The translations under genes were made by a program, and so were the position numbers. Shown here piece by piece: positions 11,264-20,094 of a stretch of DNA of 64,000 nucleotides. Within the stretch, counting starts at the first letter, position 1. Each line of letters opens with the position of its first letter. A model generated the notes under the pieces. That model did not search any database and had not been told where the DNA came from. It saw only the letters and a list, made by a program, of their open reading frames with translations. Origin of the DNA: an uncultured Verrucomicrobiae bacterium (lineage in GTDB: Bacteria; Verrucomicrobiota; Verrucomicrobiia; Chthoniobacterales; JAATET01); assembly GCA_963719495.1 (NCBI GenBank), contig CAVRCI010000013.1:1-64000 (forward strand). Reading direction: 5' to 3'.

Positions 11264-12697
11264 ATGCGCACCACCCTCCTCATCCTGTCCACCATCCTCG
11301 TCACGACGCTCGCCACCGCCCGTCAACTCCCCACCTTCCCCCCAGCCACCACCGTCCTCGGCCAGACCGGCACCAATTCCGCCCTCGCCCCCACGCCGCC
11401 CACCGCCTCCAGCCTCGCCGCCCCATCCGCCGTCGTCGTCGACCCCACCACCGGCAAAGTCTTCGTCGCGGACACCGCCAACCACCGCGTCCTCCGCTAC
11501 CCATCCTACGCCTCCCTGCTCACCGGAGCCCCCGCCGAATACGCGTTCGGCCAACCCAACCTCACGACCAACGCCACCGCCCCCGTCAGCCCCACCTCCC
11601 TCCTCCGTCCCACCGGAGTCTGGATCGATTCCACGCGCCGCCTCTGGGTCGCCGACACCGACCACAACCGGGTCGTCGTTTTCGCCAACGCCACCTCCCG
11701 CACCGACGCCGCACCCGCCGCCACGGTCACCCTCGGCCAACCCGACCTCTCGTCCGCTACCCCCACCACCACCATCACCGGAATGACCGCGCCGCGGGGC
11801 CTCACCATCGACGCCACCGGCCGCCTCTGGGTCGCCGACACCGGCAACAACCGCGTTCTCGAATTCGAAGCCGCCACCAGCCTCGCCACCGGAGCCCCCG
11901 CCACCGGCGTCCTCGGCCAGGCCACCTACGACACCTCCGCCCCCCGCGCCGACCAGCTCGGCCTCCGCGCCCCCGCCGCCGTCAGCGTCGACGCCACCCG
12001 CACCCTCTGGGTCGCCGACACCGGCAATCACCGCATCCTCGGCTACCCCTCCGCCGGCACCATTTCCGACGGCACGAACGCCGCCCGCGTCATCGGCCAG
12101 CCCGACTTCAACGTCACCATCCCCGGCACCACCGACCGCAAACTCTCGTCCCCCACCGGCGTCTTCGCCGACGGCCGCAACAACCTCTGGGTCCTCGACG
12201 GTGGAAACAGCCGCGCCCTCCGCTACAGCGACCTCGCCCCCCTCAACAACGGCGCCCCCGCCTCCATCCTCGTCGGCCAACCGAATTTCACCACCGACGA
12301 TCCCGCCCTCGAAGCCCGCCGCCTCGACCACCCGCTCACCGGCATCTTCGTCGACCCCGCCGACGACATCTGGATCGGCGACACCGGCAACAACCGCGTC
12401 CTCCGCTTCGGCCAGATCGACAGCGAAATCCCGAAAATTCAGGCCAAAGGCAAACGCAAAGCCCGCACCCGCCGAGGCCGCATCACGCTCCAAGGCACCG
12501 CCAGCGACGACACCGCCGTCACCCAGGTCCTCATCAAAATCAAAGGCAAACGCGCCCTCCGCCCCGCCACCGGAACCGACTTCTGGAAAACCACCGTCCG
12601 CCTCAAGCGAGGCAAACGCAACGTCTTCAAAGCCATCGCCTACGACGCCGTAGGCAACCGCTCAACCCCGGCAAAAGTCATCCGAATCCGCCGCTAA
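11264..12697 (+). CDS. secreted NHL-repeat beta-propeller protein with C-terminal Ig-like domain
   Basis: signal peptide; repeated LWVADTGNNRVL / GQPDF units. Confidence 0.88.
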   Translation: MRTTLLILSTILVTTLATARQLPTFPPATTVLGQTGTNSALAPTPPTASSLAAPSAVVVDPTTGKVFVADTANHRVLRYPSYASLLTGAPAEYAFGQPNLTTNATAPVSPTSLLRPTGVWIDSTRRLWVADTDHNRVVVFANATSRTDAAPAATVTLGQPDLSSATPTTTITGMTAPRGLTIDATGRLWVADTGNNRVLEFEAATSLATGAPATGVLGQATYDTSAPRADQLGLRAPAAVSVDATRTLWVADTGNHRILGYPSAGTISDGTNAARVIGQPDFNVTIPGTTDRKLSSPTGVFADGRNNLWVLDGGNSRALRYSDLAPLNNGAPASILVGQPNFTTDDPALEARRLDHPLTGIFVDPADDIWIGDTGNNRVLRFGQIDSEIPKIQAKGKRKARTRRGRITLQGTASDDTAVTQVLIKIKGKRALRPATGTDFWKTTVRLKRGKRNVFKAIAYDAVGNRSTPAKVIRIRR

Positions 12698-12743
12698 GCC
12701 GGAGGAGGCAACCCGCGCCAGCGGGAGCCAACACCCCCAAAGA

Positions 12744-12769
12744 TGTCATGCTGAGCGAAGCGAAGCATC
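12744..12769 (+). repeat. dispersed intergenic repeat (VMLSEAKH type)
   Basis: TGTCATGCTGAGCGAAGCGAAGCATC identical to 55648-55673. Confidence 0.75.
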
Positions 12770-12942
12770 CCAGGCGTCCCAGGCGAAAACCCCGCGCCGA
12801 AAAAAAACCGCAAAAATCCACCACCCCGCTCAACAACCAAGGTCAAGCGACCCACCATTCACCATTCACCCTTCACGAATCACCACCCACCCACCCCACT
12901 CCCCCTTTGCAATCCCCACCCCCCGCCGGTATCGTCCCCCCG

Positions 12943-13485
12943 ATGACCGCCGAACTCACACCCAGCATGACCATGCAGGAGCTCCTGCAAACCCTGCCCG
13001 GTGCTCAACGAGCCCTCTTCCGCCTCTTCCACATCGGCGGCTGCGCCAGCTGCGGGTTCCGCCCCGAAGAAACCCTCGCCGAAGTCTGCGCCCGCAACGA
13101 AGGACTCGATCCCGACACCGCCCTCGCCCAGGTCGCCGAGGCCTGCGCCGAAGACGCCAAGCTGCTCATCGAGCCCCCCGACCTCGCCACCGCGCTCGGC
13201 GAAGACCCCGACACCCGCATCCTCGATATCCGCACCCGCGAAGAATTCGACGCCGTCCACATCCCGCAAGCCAAACACTTCACTCAGGATTTCCTCCAGG
13301 AGATCATGGCCGCCTGGCCCAAGGACAGCCTCGTCGTCCTCGTCGACCACCAAGGCACCCGCGGCCTCGACGCCGCCGCCTTTTTCGCCGGTCACGACTT
13401 CACCAACGTCCGCGCCCTCCGCGGAGGCATCGACGCCTGGTCCCTCGAAGTCGACCCCGACCTCCCCCGCTACACCCTGGAATAA
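12943..13485 (+). CDS. rhodanese-like domain protein with N-terminal CxxC domain
   Basis: HIGGCASCGF; LDIRTREEF; GGIDAWS..VDP..PRY. Confidence 0.85.
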   Translation: MTAELTPSMTMQELLQTLPGAQRALFRLFHIGGCASCGFRPEETLAEVCARNEGLDPDTALAQVAEACAEDAKLLIEPPDLATALGEDPDTRILDIRTREEFDAVHIPQAKHFTQDFLQEIMAAWPKDSLVVLVDHQGTRGLDAAAFFAGHDFTNVRALRGGIDAWSLEVDPDLPRYTLE

Positions 13486-13565
13486 GAACTCCTTCTCTTA
13501 ATCCTAATCCGAGTCCTTCCCCTCATCATCCGACTTCATCCGCGGCCATCTGCGGTAAAAAAACC

Positions 13566-14027
13566 ATGACCGACGACCTCGAAACCCGCATCCAATCCGC
13601 CATCAGCAATCCGCGCAACCTCGGCGAAATGTCCGACGCCGACGCCATCGGCACCGTCGGCAGCCCCGACTGCGGCGACATGCTCCGCATGTGGGTCAAA
13701 TTCAAGGACGACAACGGCCGGAAAGTCATCGACAAAGCCACGTTTCAAACCTTCGGCTGCCAGACCGCCATCGCCGTCGCCAGCATGGCCACCGACCTCA
13801 TCCGCGGCAAAACCGCCGAGGAAGCCCTCGCCATGGACGGCAACGAACTCTCGGCACCCCTGGGACCCCTCCCCCCCATGAAAATCCATTGCGCCCAACT
13901 CGTCGAAGGAGCCCTCAAAAACGCCCTCGACCCCACCGCCCCCCAACCCGAAGCCACCAACACCGCCCCCACCCTCCTGGACAGCCTAACCGCCCCAAAA
14001 ACGGTCAAAATCAAGCTCACCACTTAA
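13566..14027 (+). CDS. iscU: Fe-S cluster scaffold protein, IscU/NifU-N family
   Basis: NPRNLG, GSPDCGD, FQTFGC, PPMKIHC (three conserved Cys). Confidence 0.9.
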   Translation: MTDDLETRIQSAISNPRNLGEMSDADAIGTVGSPDCGDMLRMWVKFKDDNGRKVIDKATFQTFGCQTAIAVASMATDLIRGKTAEEALAMDGNELSAPLGPLPPMKIHCAQLVEGALKNALDPTAPQPEATNTAPTLLDSLTAPKTVKIKLTT

Positions 14028-14054
14028 TTCTTAAAACTTAAAAACCTAAAACTC

Positions 14055-14603
14055 ATGAGCGACACCCGAGAAATCGCCCTCAAGCGCGACTGCGACGCCA
14101 TCCAGATCCCCAGCGGCAACCCCATCGTCCTGCCGATGGGCACGTCTGTCATCATCACCCAATCCCTCGGCGGCACCTACACCGTCGCGACCCAAGCCGG
14201 CCTCGCCCGCATCGACGAAAAAGACCTCGACGCCCTCGGCGTCGACCCCACCGCCGTCGAAGCCCCCGCCGCCAAGGAGCCCGTCAAAGGCTCCCTCGAG
14301 GACGCCATCTGGAATCAGTTAAAAACCGTTTTCGACCCCGAGATCCCCGTCAACGTCGTCGACCTCGGCCTCATCTACGGCTGCGAAATCAAAAACACCG
14401 ACGAAGGCCAAACCAACGTGACGGTGCAAATGACCCTCACCGCCCCCGGCTGCGGCATGGGCCCGACCATCGCCGCCGACGCCCGCCAAAAAATCCTCAT
14501 CCTCGACGGAATCGACGAAGCCCAGGTCGACCTCGTCTGGGACCCCGCCTGGAATCAGTCCATGATCTCCGAAGCCGGCCGAATGAAGCTCGGCATGGTC
14601 TAA
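14055..14603 (+). CDS. sufT: putative Fe-S cluster assembly protein SufT (DUF59)
   Basis: ITQSLGGTYTV N-domain; FDPEIPVNVVDLGL, MTLTAPGCGMG, VWDPAW. Confidence 0.9.
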   Translation: MSDTREIALKRDCDAIQIPSGNPIVLPMGTSVIITQSLGGTYTVATQAGLARIDEKDLDALGVDPTAVEAPAAKEPVKGSLEDAIWNQLKTVFDPEIPVNVVDLGLIYGCEIKNTDEGQTNVTVQMTLTAPGCGMGPTIAADARQKILILDGIDEAQVDLVWDPAWNQSMISEAGRMKLGMV

Positions 14604-14630
14604 AAAGAGCGTGGCGCACTCCAAGCCAAA

Positions 14631-14661
14631 GGTAGGGAAGCCCGGCCCCGGGTTCCGTAGC
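14631..14661 (+). repeat. single GTAG-type REP-like copy
   Basis: GGTAGGGAAGCCCGGCCCCGGGTTCCGT, similar to the 5404 copy. Confidence 0.6.
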
Positions 14662-14758
14662 AATCTCCCAGTGCCCCCATCAGGGGGCAGGCCCCCACCC
14701 AACCCCCGACGCCGCCATCACGCCACGCGCCGTCAGGATTCGTCACGCCCCGCAGCGA

Positions 14759-14830
14759 TGCCCCCACCGGGAATCGAACCCAGATCTAAGGTTTAGGAAA
14801 CCTCCGTTCTATCCGTTGAACTATGGGGGC
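14759..14830 (-). tRNA. tRNA-Arg(CCT)
   Basis: cloverleaf; anticodon loop TTCCTAA; GGTTCGATTCC T-arm; CCA not encoded. Confidence 0.93.
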
Positions 14831-14906
14831 GTTTGGCGTCGATTCGCCTCGTATTTCGGCCCGATCCCCGTGACGGTCAAGCTCCCGGTGCCCCGGGACA
14901 CCGTTC

Positions 14907-15362
14907 ATGCTCCACGTCGTCCTCGTCGAACCCGAGATCCCGCCCAATACCGGGAACATTGCCCGGCTCTGCCTCGCCGCCGGCGCCCGCCTCCACCTCG
15001 TCGAGCCGCTCGGCTTCTCCATCGACGACAAAGCGCTCCGCCGCGCGGGCATGGATTACTGGCACCTCTGCGACGTTCACCGCTGGGATTCGTTCCCGGA
15101 GCTGGTCGCCGCAGCGGACGGCTCGGCCCGTTTTTTCTACCTGACGACGAAGACGACCCGTTCCTACTGGGACGCGACGTTTCGGGACGGCGACCACCTC
15201 GTCTTCGGTCGCGAAACGAAAGGCCTCCCCGAGAGCCTCCTCGCCGCCAACGCCGACCATTGCCTCACCATCCCGATACAACCGGACGCAAGGTCGCTCA
15301 ATCTCGCCACGTCCGTCGGCATCGTGCTCTACGAGGCGAAACGCCAGCTCGCAAAAAGCTAG
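14907..15362 (+). CDS. trmL: tRNA (cytidine(34)-2'-O)-methyltransferase
   Basis: PEIPPNTGNIARLC, RRAGMDYW, FGRETKGLP, RSLNLA. Confidence 0.95.
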   Translation: MLHVVLVEPEIPPNTGNIARLCLAAGARLHLVEPLGFSIDDKALRRAGMDYWHLCDVHRWDSFPELVAAADGSARFFYLTTKTTRSYWDATFRDGDHLVFGRETKGLPESLLAANADHCLTIPIQPDARSLNLATSVGIVLYEAKRQLAKS

Positions 15363-15468
15363 GAAGTTGGAGCGGACGCTTTGCGCATCCACCTGCTCGG
15401 ATTCTTTGCTGCCTTCGCTGCCTTGTGTTCAAACGGAATTTGGATTCCACCGGCCAGTGTCGCCCCGC

Positions 15469-16239
15469 TCAGGGTCGATCGGTCGCGCCGACCATCCGAC
15501 AGGCTTCCGCGAAGCTCGATTCGCGCTCGAGCAACTTCGACAGATACCCGTCGGCCCTTGGCAATTCCGTGACTTTCGCGAACTGCCCCGGATCGTCCAA
15601 CCTCGTGAAAATCGCGCGCGCAATCTCGGAGCGCTTCACCGACTTTTCGCCGTAGCCGCCGGGCTTGTTGCTCGACCAGAACCGGACACTCGGGACACCA
15701 CCCTCGGATTCCAACCCAAGAAAGACCACAAGGTGCCCGCGTTCGGACCGACCAACCGCGTCGCGCCAGAAAATCTTCAAAAAATCCCCCGGCCTCGCCG
15801 CGGCGAAGTCCGTGAAATTCCGACCCGCGCCCAGCGTGTTGATCAGCCGCGCGGCACCCGGACCGTTCGCGTTCCACCGGCCCCACACTCCGACGCCGTC
15901 CGCCTGCGGGCTCGGCGCGATCTCCGCCAACGCCGCCGCGCTCAAGCGCACCCGCCCCGCTCGTTGGGCTTCGCCCAAAACCTTGCACAGCACGAGGTAA
16001 GTCGCCGACGAGCAGTAGCTCGGCGTGGCCCCGCGCGCCTCGACGCGCAACTCCCGCGCGTCGACCACCACGGCCCCCCGAAACTTCGCGCTCGCTTCGC
16101 TGGTGACGGAATACCCGCCGCCCTCCGGCATCGACCGAACCGCCCGCAACACCTCGTCGTTCCAATCCGCCCCGAATGCATTCATCGCCACCAAGCCCGC
16201 CGCCGCTCCGAGCGCCATCCGGATTCTCGTTGAGGACAT
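15469..16239 (-). CDS. secreted hypothetical protein, possible papain-like Cys/His fold
   Basis: signal peptide; SYCSSATY ... PGDFLKIFW ... GHLVVFLG; start uncertain. Confidence 0.6.
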   Translation of the reverse strand: MSSTRIRMALGAAAGLVAMNAFGADWNDEVLRAVRSMPEGGGYSVTSEASAKFRGAVVVDARELRVEARGATPSYCSSATYLVLCKVLGEAQRAGRVRLSAAALAEIAPSPQADGVGVWGRWNANGPGAARLINTLGAGRNFTDFAAARPGDFLKIFWRDAVGRSERGHLVVFLGLESEGGVPSVRFWSSNKPGGYGEKSVKRSEIARAIFTRLDDPGQFAKVTELPRADGYLSKLLERESSFAEACRMVGATDRP

Positions 16240-16263
16240 TCCGCTAACGAATAGATTCCGCGC

Positions 16264-16944
16264 ATGTCCGCAAGCAGGATTTTTCGTTGGGCGCTGCCGC
16301 TGGTCGTGATTGTCGGCCTGCTCGCGACCGCCCTCTGGTGCCGCGATTGGGCCACGGTCCGCGCCCCCATCGCGGCGAGCGGCGGCCTCTATTTCCCGCG
16401 CGAGTTCGTCATCGACGTGCCGCAGTTTTTTCAAAACGACCCGCGCTGGGGTGGCGACAACCTCGGACCGACTGATTCCACGCTCGGTGCCGAGGGTTGC
16501 GCGGTCGCGTCCGCCGCGATGGTGCTCGCCAGCTACGGTGCCGACCTCGATCCCGGTCGGCTCAACTCGTTTGTCGACAAGATCGACGGCTACACGCCCC
16601 AAGGTTGGCTCTACTGGGAAGCCGCCGCCGCCTTCCCTCCCGCCCTCGCGCGCCACGCCTACGAGGCCGACCCGTCCTATTACCTGATCGACCGCAATCT
16701 GCTGGCGGGCAATCCCGTGATCGTGCGCGTCCGCTACCCGAGCGGAGTCACGCATTTCGTCGTCATCGTCGGCAAGCGGGGCTTCGATTACCTCATTCGC
16801 GATCCGGGCGCGGGCGGGGTGCGCGGCGTTTATCCGCTCGAGGAATTCGGCCGACCGATCGAGGCCCTGCGATTTTACGAGCGACTCCCGCCCATCGACA
16901 TCGCCGTGACCTCGAATGTCGCCCCGTCCGTCGAAAAGAATTGA
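16264..16944 (+). CDS. peptidase C39-like family protein
   Basis: VPQFFQNDPRW, GCAVASAAMVL, HFVVIVG, IRDP. Confidence 0.85.
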   Translation: MSASRIFRWALPLVVIVGLLATALWCRDWATVRAPIAASGGLYFPREFVIDVPQFFQNDPRWGGDNLGPTDSTLGAEGCAVASAAMVLASYGADLDPGRLNSFVDKIDGYTPQGWLYWEAAAAFPPALARHAYEADPSYYLIDRNLLAGNPVIVRVRYPSGVTHFVVIVGKRGFDYLIRDPGAGGVRGVYPLEEFGRPIEALRFYERLPPIDIAVTSNVAPSVEKN

Positions 16945-16977
16945 TCCCAGGCGGCGGGGGTGTTTTTTCCTAAACGC

Positions 16978-17361
16978 ATGAGGCTCCGAATTTCCACTCT
17001 CGCGGCGACGGTCGCACTCGCTTTTCTGGCTGGCTGCGAAATCGACGGCCCACCCGAGCTGCCCGAGCCGACCCCGGCGCCCGCCGTGGGTGAGCCCGAA
17101 GAGTCCGAAACCGTCATCGAATTGGAAGCTACCCCAACGCCGACTCCCGAGCCCGCCATGGAGGAGCCGACCCCAACCCCGACTCCGGAACCCACCAATC
17201 CCAACGTCGGCACTCTGCCCTACGGCATCCCCGTTCCCGGCAAACCGGGCTTCGTGGTGAGCCCCCACTCGCGCAACGACGGTTACGTCGACGTCCGCGG
17301 ATTCCCTCCCGGCAGCGAGGTCAAGGACCCATATTCCGGTCAGACGTTCCTCGTTCCTTGA
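16978..17361 (+). CDS. lipoprotein, Pro/Thr-rich linker plus conserved C-terminal domain
   Basis: LAGC lipobox; C-terminal YGIPVPGKPGFVVSPH..GYVDVRGFPP..EVKDPYSG. Confidence 0.8.
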   Translation: MRLRISTLAATVALAFLAGCEIDGPPELPEPTPAPAVGEPEESETVIELEATPTPTPEPAMEEPTPTPTPEPTNPNVGTLPYGIPVPGKPGFVVSPHSRNDGYVDVRGFPPGSEVKDPYSGQTFLVP

Positions 17362-17451
17362 TCATCGCAGGCAACCAGTCTGATCGCTTCGCGCGAAAAG
17401 GATTGAATCCCAGCGCCAAACGTTAATCGTAAGCCCATCTCGCACCGATCC

Positions 17452-17919
17452 ATGAAAATCTCACCGCTGATCATCCCGGCCTCTCTCGTTCTGTTTCTCT
17501 TCGTCGCTTGCGAAGAGGAGTCCCGCCCCCGCAACCCGACGTCCTCCGCCGCCAACACCGGCAGCAATACCTACGGTTACGTCCCCGGCGACGACACCGC
17601 CACGGACTTCGTCGACACCACTCCCGCTCCCGCGCCACCACCGACGACTCCGGCACCCGTCGTGACCGATCAAGACGTCATCAACGCCCAGTCGCAATCG
17701 GCCCCCGAACCGACGACGACTTTGCAGGATCCGGTCGCACCCGCCCCGGCTCCCGTCGAGGCAGCCCGCGATCTCCAATACGGAACCCCCGTCCCCGGAA
17801 AAGCCGGCTTCGTGACCAGTCCCCACGCCCCATACGCCGGCTACGTGGACGTCCGCGGCTTCCCGCCCAACACCGAGGTCAAGGATCCCTACTCCGGGAA
17901 GATTTTCCTGGTCCCCTGA
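17452..17919 (+). CDS. lipoprotein, paralog of the upstream gene
   Basis: FVAC lipobox; near-identical C-terminal domain. Confidence 0.8.
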   Translation: MKISPLIIPASLVLFLFVACEEESRPRNPTSSAANTGSNTYGYVPGDDTATDFVDTTPAPAPPPTTPAPVVTDQDVINAQSQSAPEPTTTLQDPVAPAPAPVEAARDLQYGTPVPGKAGFVTSPHAPYAGYVDVRGFPPNTEVKDPYSGKIFLVP

Positions 17920-18782
17920 GACCGATCACCATCCTCGGCCCCGGCCTGATCGGGGGCTCACTGGGGCTCGCGCTCCGCGAGCGGCAGCCGGACGCCGAAA
18001 TTCGGGCCTGGACCCGACGCGAAGAATCCCGGGCTGAAATCGAACACTGCGGCTTCGCGTCGAGCGTCACGTGCGATCTTTCGATTGCCGTTCGAGGAGC
18101 CGGATTTGTCGTCTTCTGCGTCCCGGTCGAACGAATGGCCGCCGTGGCTCGCCAGATCGCGCCATTGGCCGATCCCAACACCCTCTTCACCGATGCCGGT
18201 AGCGTCAAATCGACGGTCGTCGCCGATCTCGAGGCGATCCTCGGCCCGAACTTCGTCGGCTCGCACCCCATCGCCGGTTCCGAACGCTCCGGGCTCGCCG
18301 CCGCCCGCGTCGACCTTTTTGCGGGTGCCCCGTGCGTCGTCACCCCGACCCCCAGATCGCACCCCGAGGCGATCAATGACGTGGAAGATCTCTGGCGATC
18401 CGTCGGTTGCCGGGTCTCCCGGCTCACTCCCGAGGCCCACGACGACGCCCTCGCCCGCACGAGCCACCTCCCGCACCTCACCGCCTCCGCCCTCGTCGCC
18501 GCCGTCACCTCCGGCCACCCGGATTTGATGTCGCTCGTCGGCCCGGGTTTCCGCGACTCGACCCGGGTCGCCATGGGCAGCGCCGACCTTTGGACCGGAA
18601 TCCTGCTCGCGAATCGCTCCGCGGTCGCGAGTTCGGTTGCGGAATTGCGCGAAATCCTGCACAACGTCGAGGCCATGCTCACGTCCGGCGACGAGGAATC
18701 GCTCCGCCAATTTCTGAAATCCGCCGCCGACGCCCGTCTGGCCGCCCCCGTCACGCCATCCCATGCCGTTCAAGGTCAGTAA
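17916..18782 (+). CDS. tyrA: prephenate/arogenate dehydrogenase
   Basis: ILGPGLIGGSLG, TDAGSVK, FVGSHPIAGSE, HD..A.TSHLPH, DSTRVA; start inferred at CTG. Confidence 0.9.
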   Translation: MRPITILGPGLIGGSLGLALRERQPDAEIRAWTRREESRAEIEHCGFASSVTCDLSIAVRGAGFVVFCVPVERMAAVARQIAPLADPNTLFTDAGSVKSTVVADLEAILGPNFVGSHPIAGSERSGLAAARVDLFAGAPCVVTPTPRSHPEAINDVEDLWRSVGCRVSRLTPEAHDDALARTSHLPHLTASALVAAVTSGHPDLMSLVGPGFRDSTRVAMGSADLWTGILLANRSAVASSVAELREILHNVEAMLTSGDEESLRQFLKSAADARLAAPVTPSHAVQGQ

Positions 18783-20094
18783 AGCCCCGACGATCTCCGC
18801 CGAGATCACCGTCCCCGGCGACAAGAGCATTTCCCACCGCTCGATCATGATCGGGGCGCTCTCCAACGGCGTCTGCACGATCACGAATTTTCTCGAAGGC
18901 GAAGACTGCCTCTCCACGATGGAAATCATGCGCCAGCTCGGCGTCACCATCGAACATCCCGAGCCAGGCACCGTCGTCGTCCACGGATGCCGGGGCAAAT
19001 TCACCGCCCCGACCGCCGATCTCGACTGCGGTAACTCGGGCACCACCGTCCGCCTCCTCTCCGGCATCCTCGCGGCCCAGCCCTTCACCACCCGCCTCGT
19101 CGGCGACGCCTCGCTCTCGCAACGCCCCATGCGTCGCGTGATCGACCCCCTCACCCAGCTCGGAGCCAGGCTCAGCGCCACCGGCGAACGCGGCACCCTG
19201 CCGCTCGAGATCACCGGCGGCTCGCTCACCGGCACCACCTACACGATGCCCGTCGCCAGCGCCCAGGTGAAGAGCGCCCTACTCCTGGCCGGAATGTTCG
19301 CCAGCGGCAAGACCAGGGTTGTCGAGCCCGCCAAGTCCCGCGACCACACCGAGCGCATGCTCGAGTATTTTCTCGTCCGCACCATTCGGGACGAGGACTC
19401 CACCACTATCTACGGCGGGCAAACGCCCGAGTCCCGCGACTTCGTCGTCCCGGGCGATATCTCCAGCGCCGCCTTCTGGCTCGTCGCCGGCGCCGCCCAG
19501 CCCGGCTCCCGCCTCCTCGTGAAAGAAGTCGGCCTTAACCCGACCCGCACCGGTATCCTGGACGTCCTCGTCCGCATGGGCGCCCACGTCCGCGAGGTCG
19601 TCGAGGTCATGGACCAAGGCGAACTCCGCGGCACGATCGATGTCAAGGGCGGCCCACTCCGAGCCACCGTGATCGAGGGCGCCGAAATCCCCAACGTCAT
19701 CGACGAAATCCCCATCATCGCCGTCGCCGCCGCCCTCGCCGAAGGCGTCACCGAAATCCGCGACGCCCGCGAACTCCGCGTCAAGGAGACCGACCGCATC
19801 GCCGCCGTCGCCACCAACCTCCGCGCCATGGGCGTCGAAGTCGACGAGCGCGACGACGGCATGGCCATCACGGGTGGCTCTCAGCTCCGCGGCGCGAAGC
19901 TCGACTCCTTCGGCGACCACCGCATCGCGATGGCCTTCGCCGTCGCCGGACTTTTTGCCGAGGGGGAGACGACCATCGACAACGTCGAGTGCGTCCAGAC
20001 GTCCTACCCGAACTTCGCCGCGACGCTGGAACATTTCCGCTCGGGAAAAAACCGCTCCCGCCGCCTCGCGCCCACCGCCGACCGATCCGAATGA
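18763..20094 (+). CDS. aroA: 3-phosphoshikimate 1-carboxyvinyltransferase
   Basis: PGDKSISHR, DCGNSGTT, SAQVKSA, RDHTERML, ELRVKETDRI, DHRIAM. Confidence 0.97.
   Translation: MPFKVSKAPTISAEITVPGDKSISHRSIMIGALSNGVCTITNFLEGEDCLSTMEIMRQLGVTIEHPEPGTVVVHGCRGKFTAPTADLDCGNSGTTVRLLSGILAAQPFTTRLVGDASLSQRPMRRVIDPLTQLGARLSATGERGTLPLEITGGSLTGTTYTMPVASAQVKSALLLAGMFASGKTRVVEPAKSRDHTERMLEYFLVRTIRDEDSTTIYGGQTPESRDFVVPGDISSAAFWLVAGAAQPGSRLLVKEVGLNPTRTGILDVLVRMGAHVREVVEVMDQGELRGTIDVKGGPLRATVIEGAEIPNVIDEIPIIAVAAALAEGVTEIRDARELRVKETDRIAAVATNLRAMGVEVDERDDGMAITGGSQLRGAKLDSFGDHRIAMAFAVAGLFAEGETTIDNVECVQTSYPNFAATLEHFRSGKNRSRRLAPTADRSE

Noticed and set aside
10552..12942. 977-aa ORF N-terminal extension (and similar Pro/Arg/His-rich ORFs at 55869-58073 and 54761-56251)
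   Set aside because: Low-complexity products of C-rich, stop-poor frames overlapping real genes; only the last 180 aa (rhodanese) is credible.
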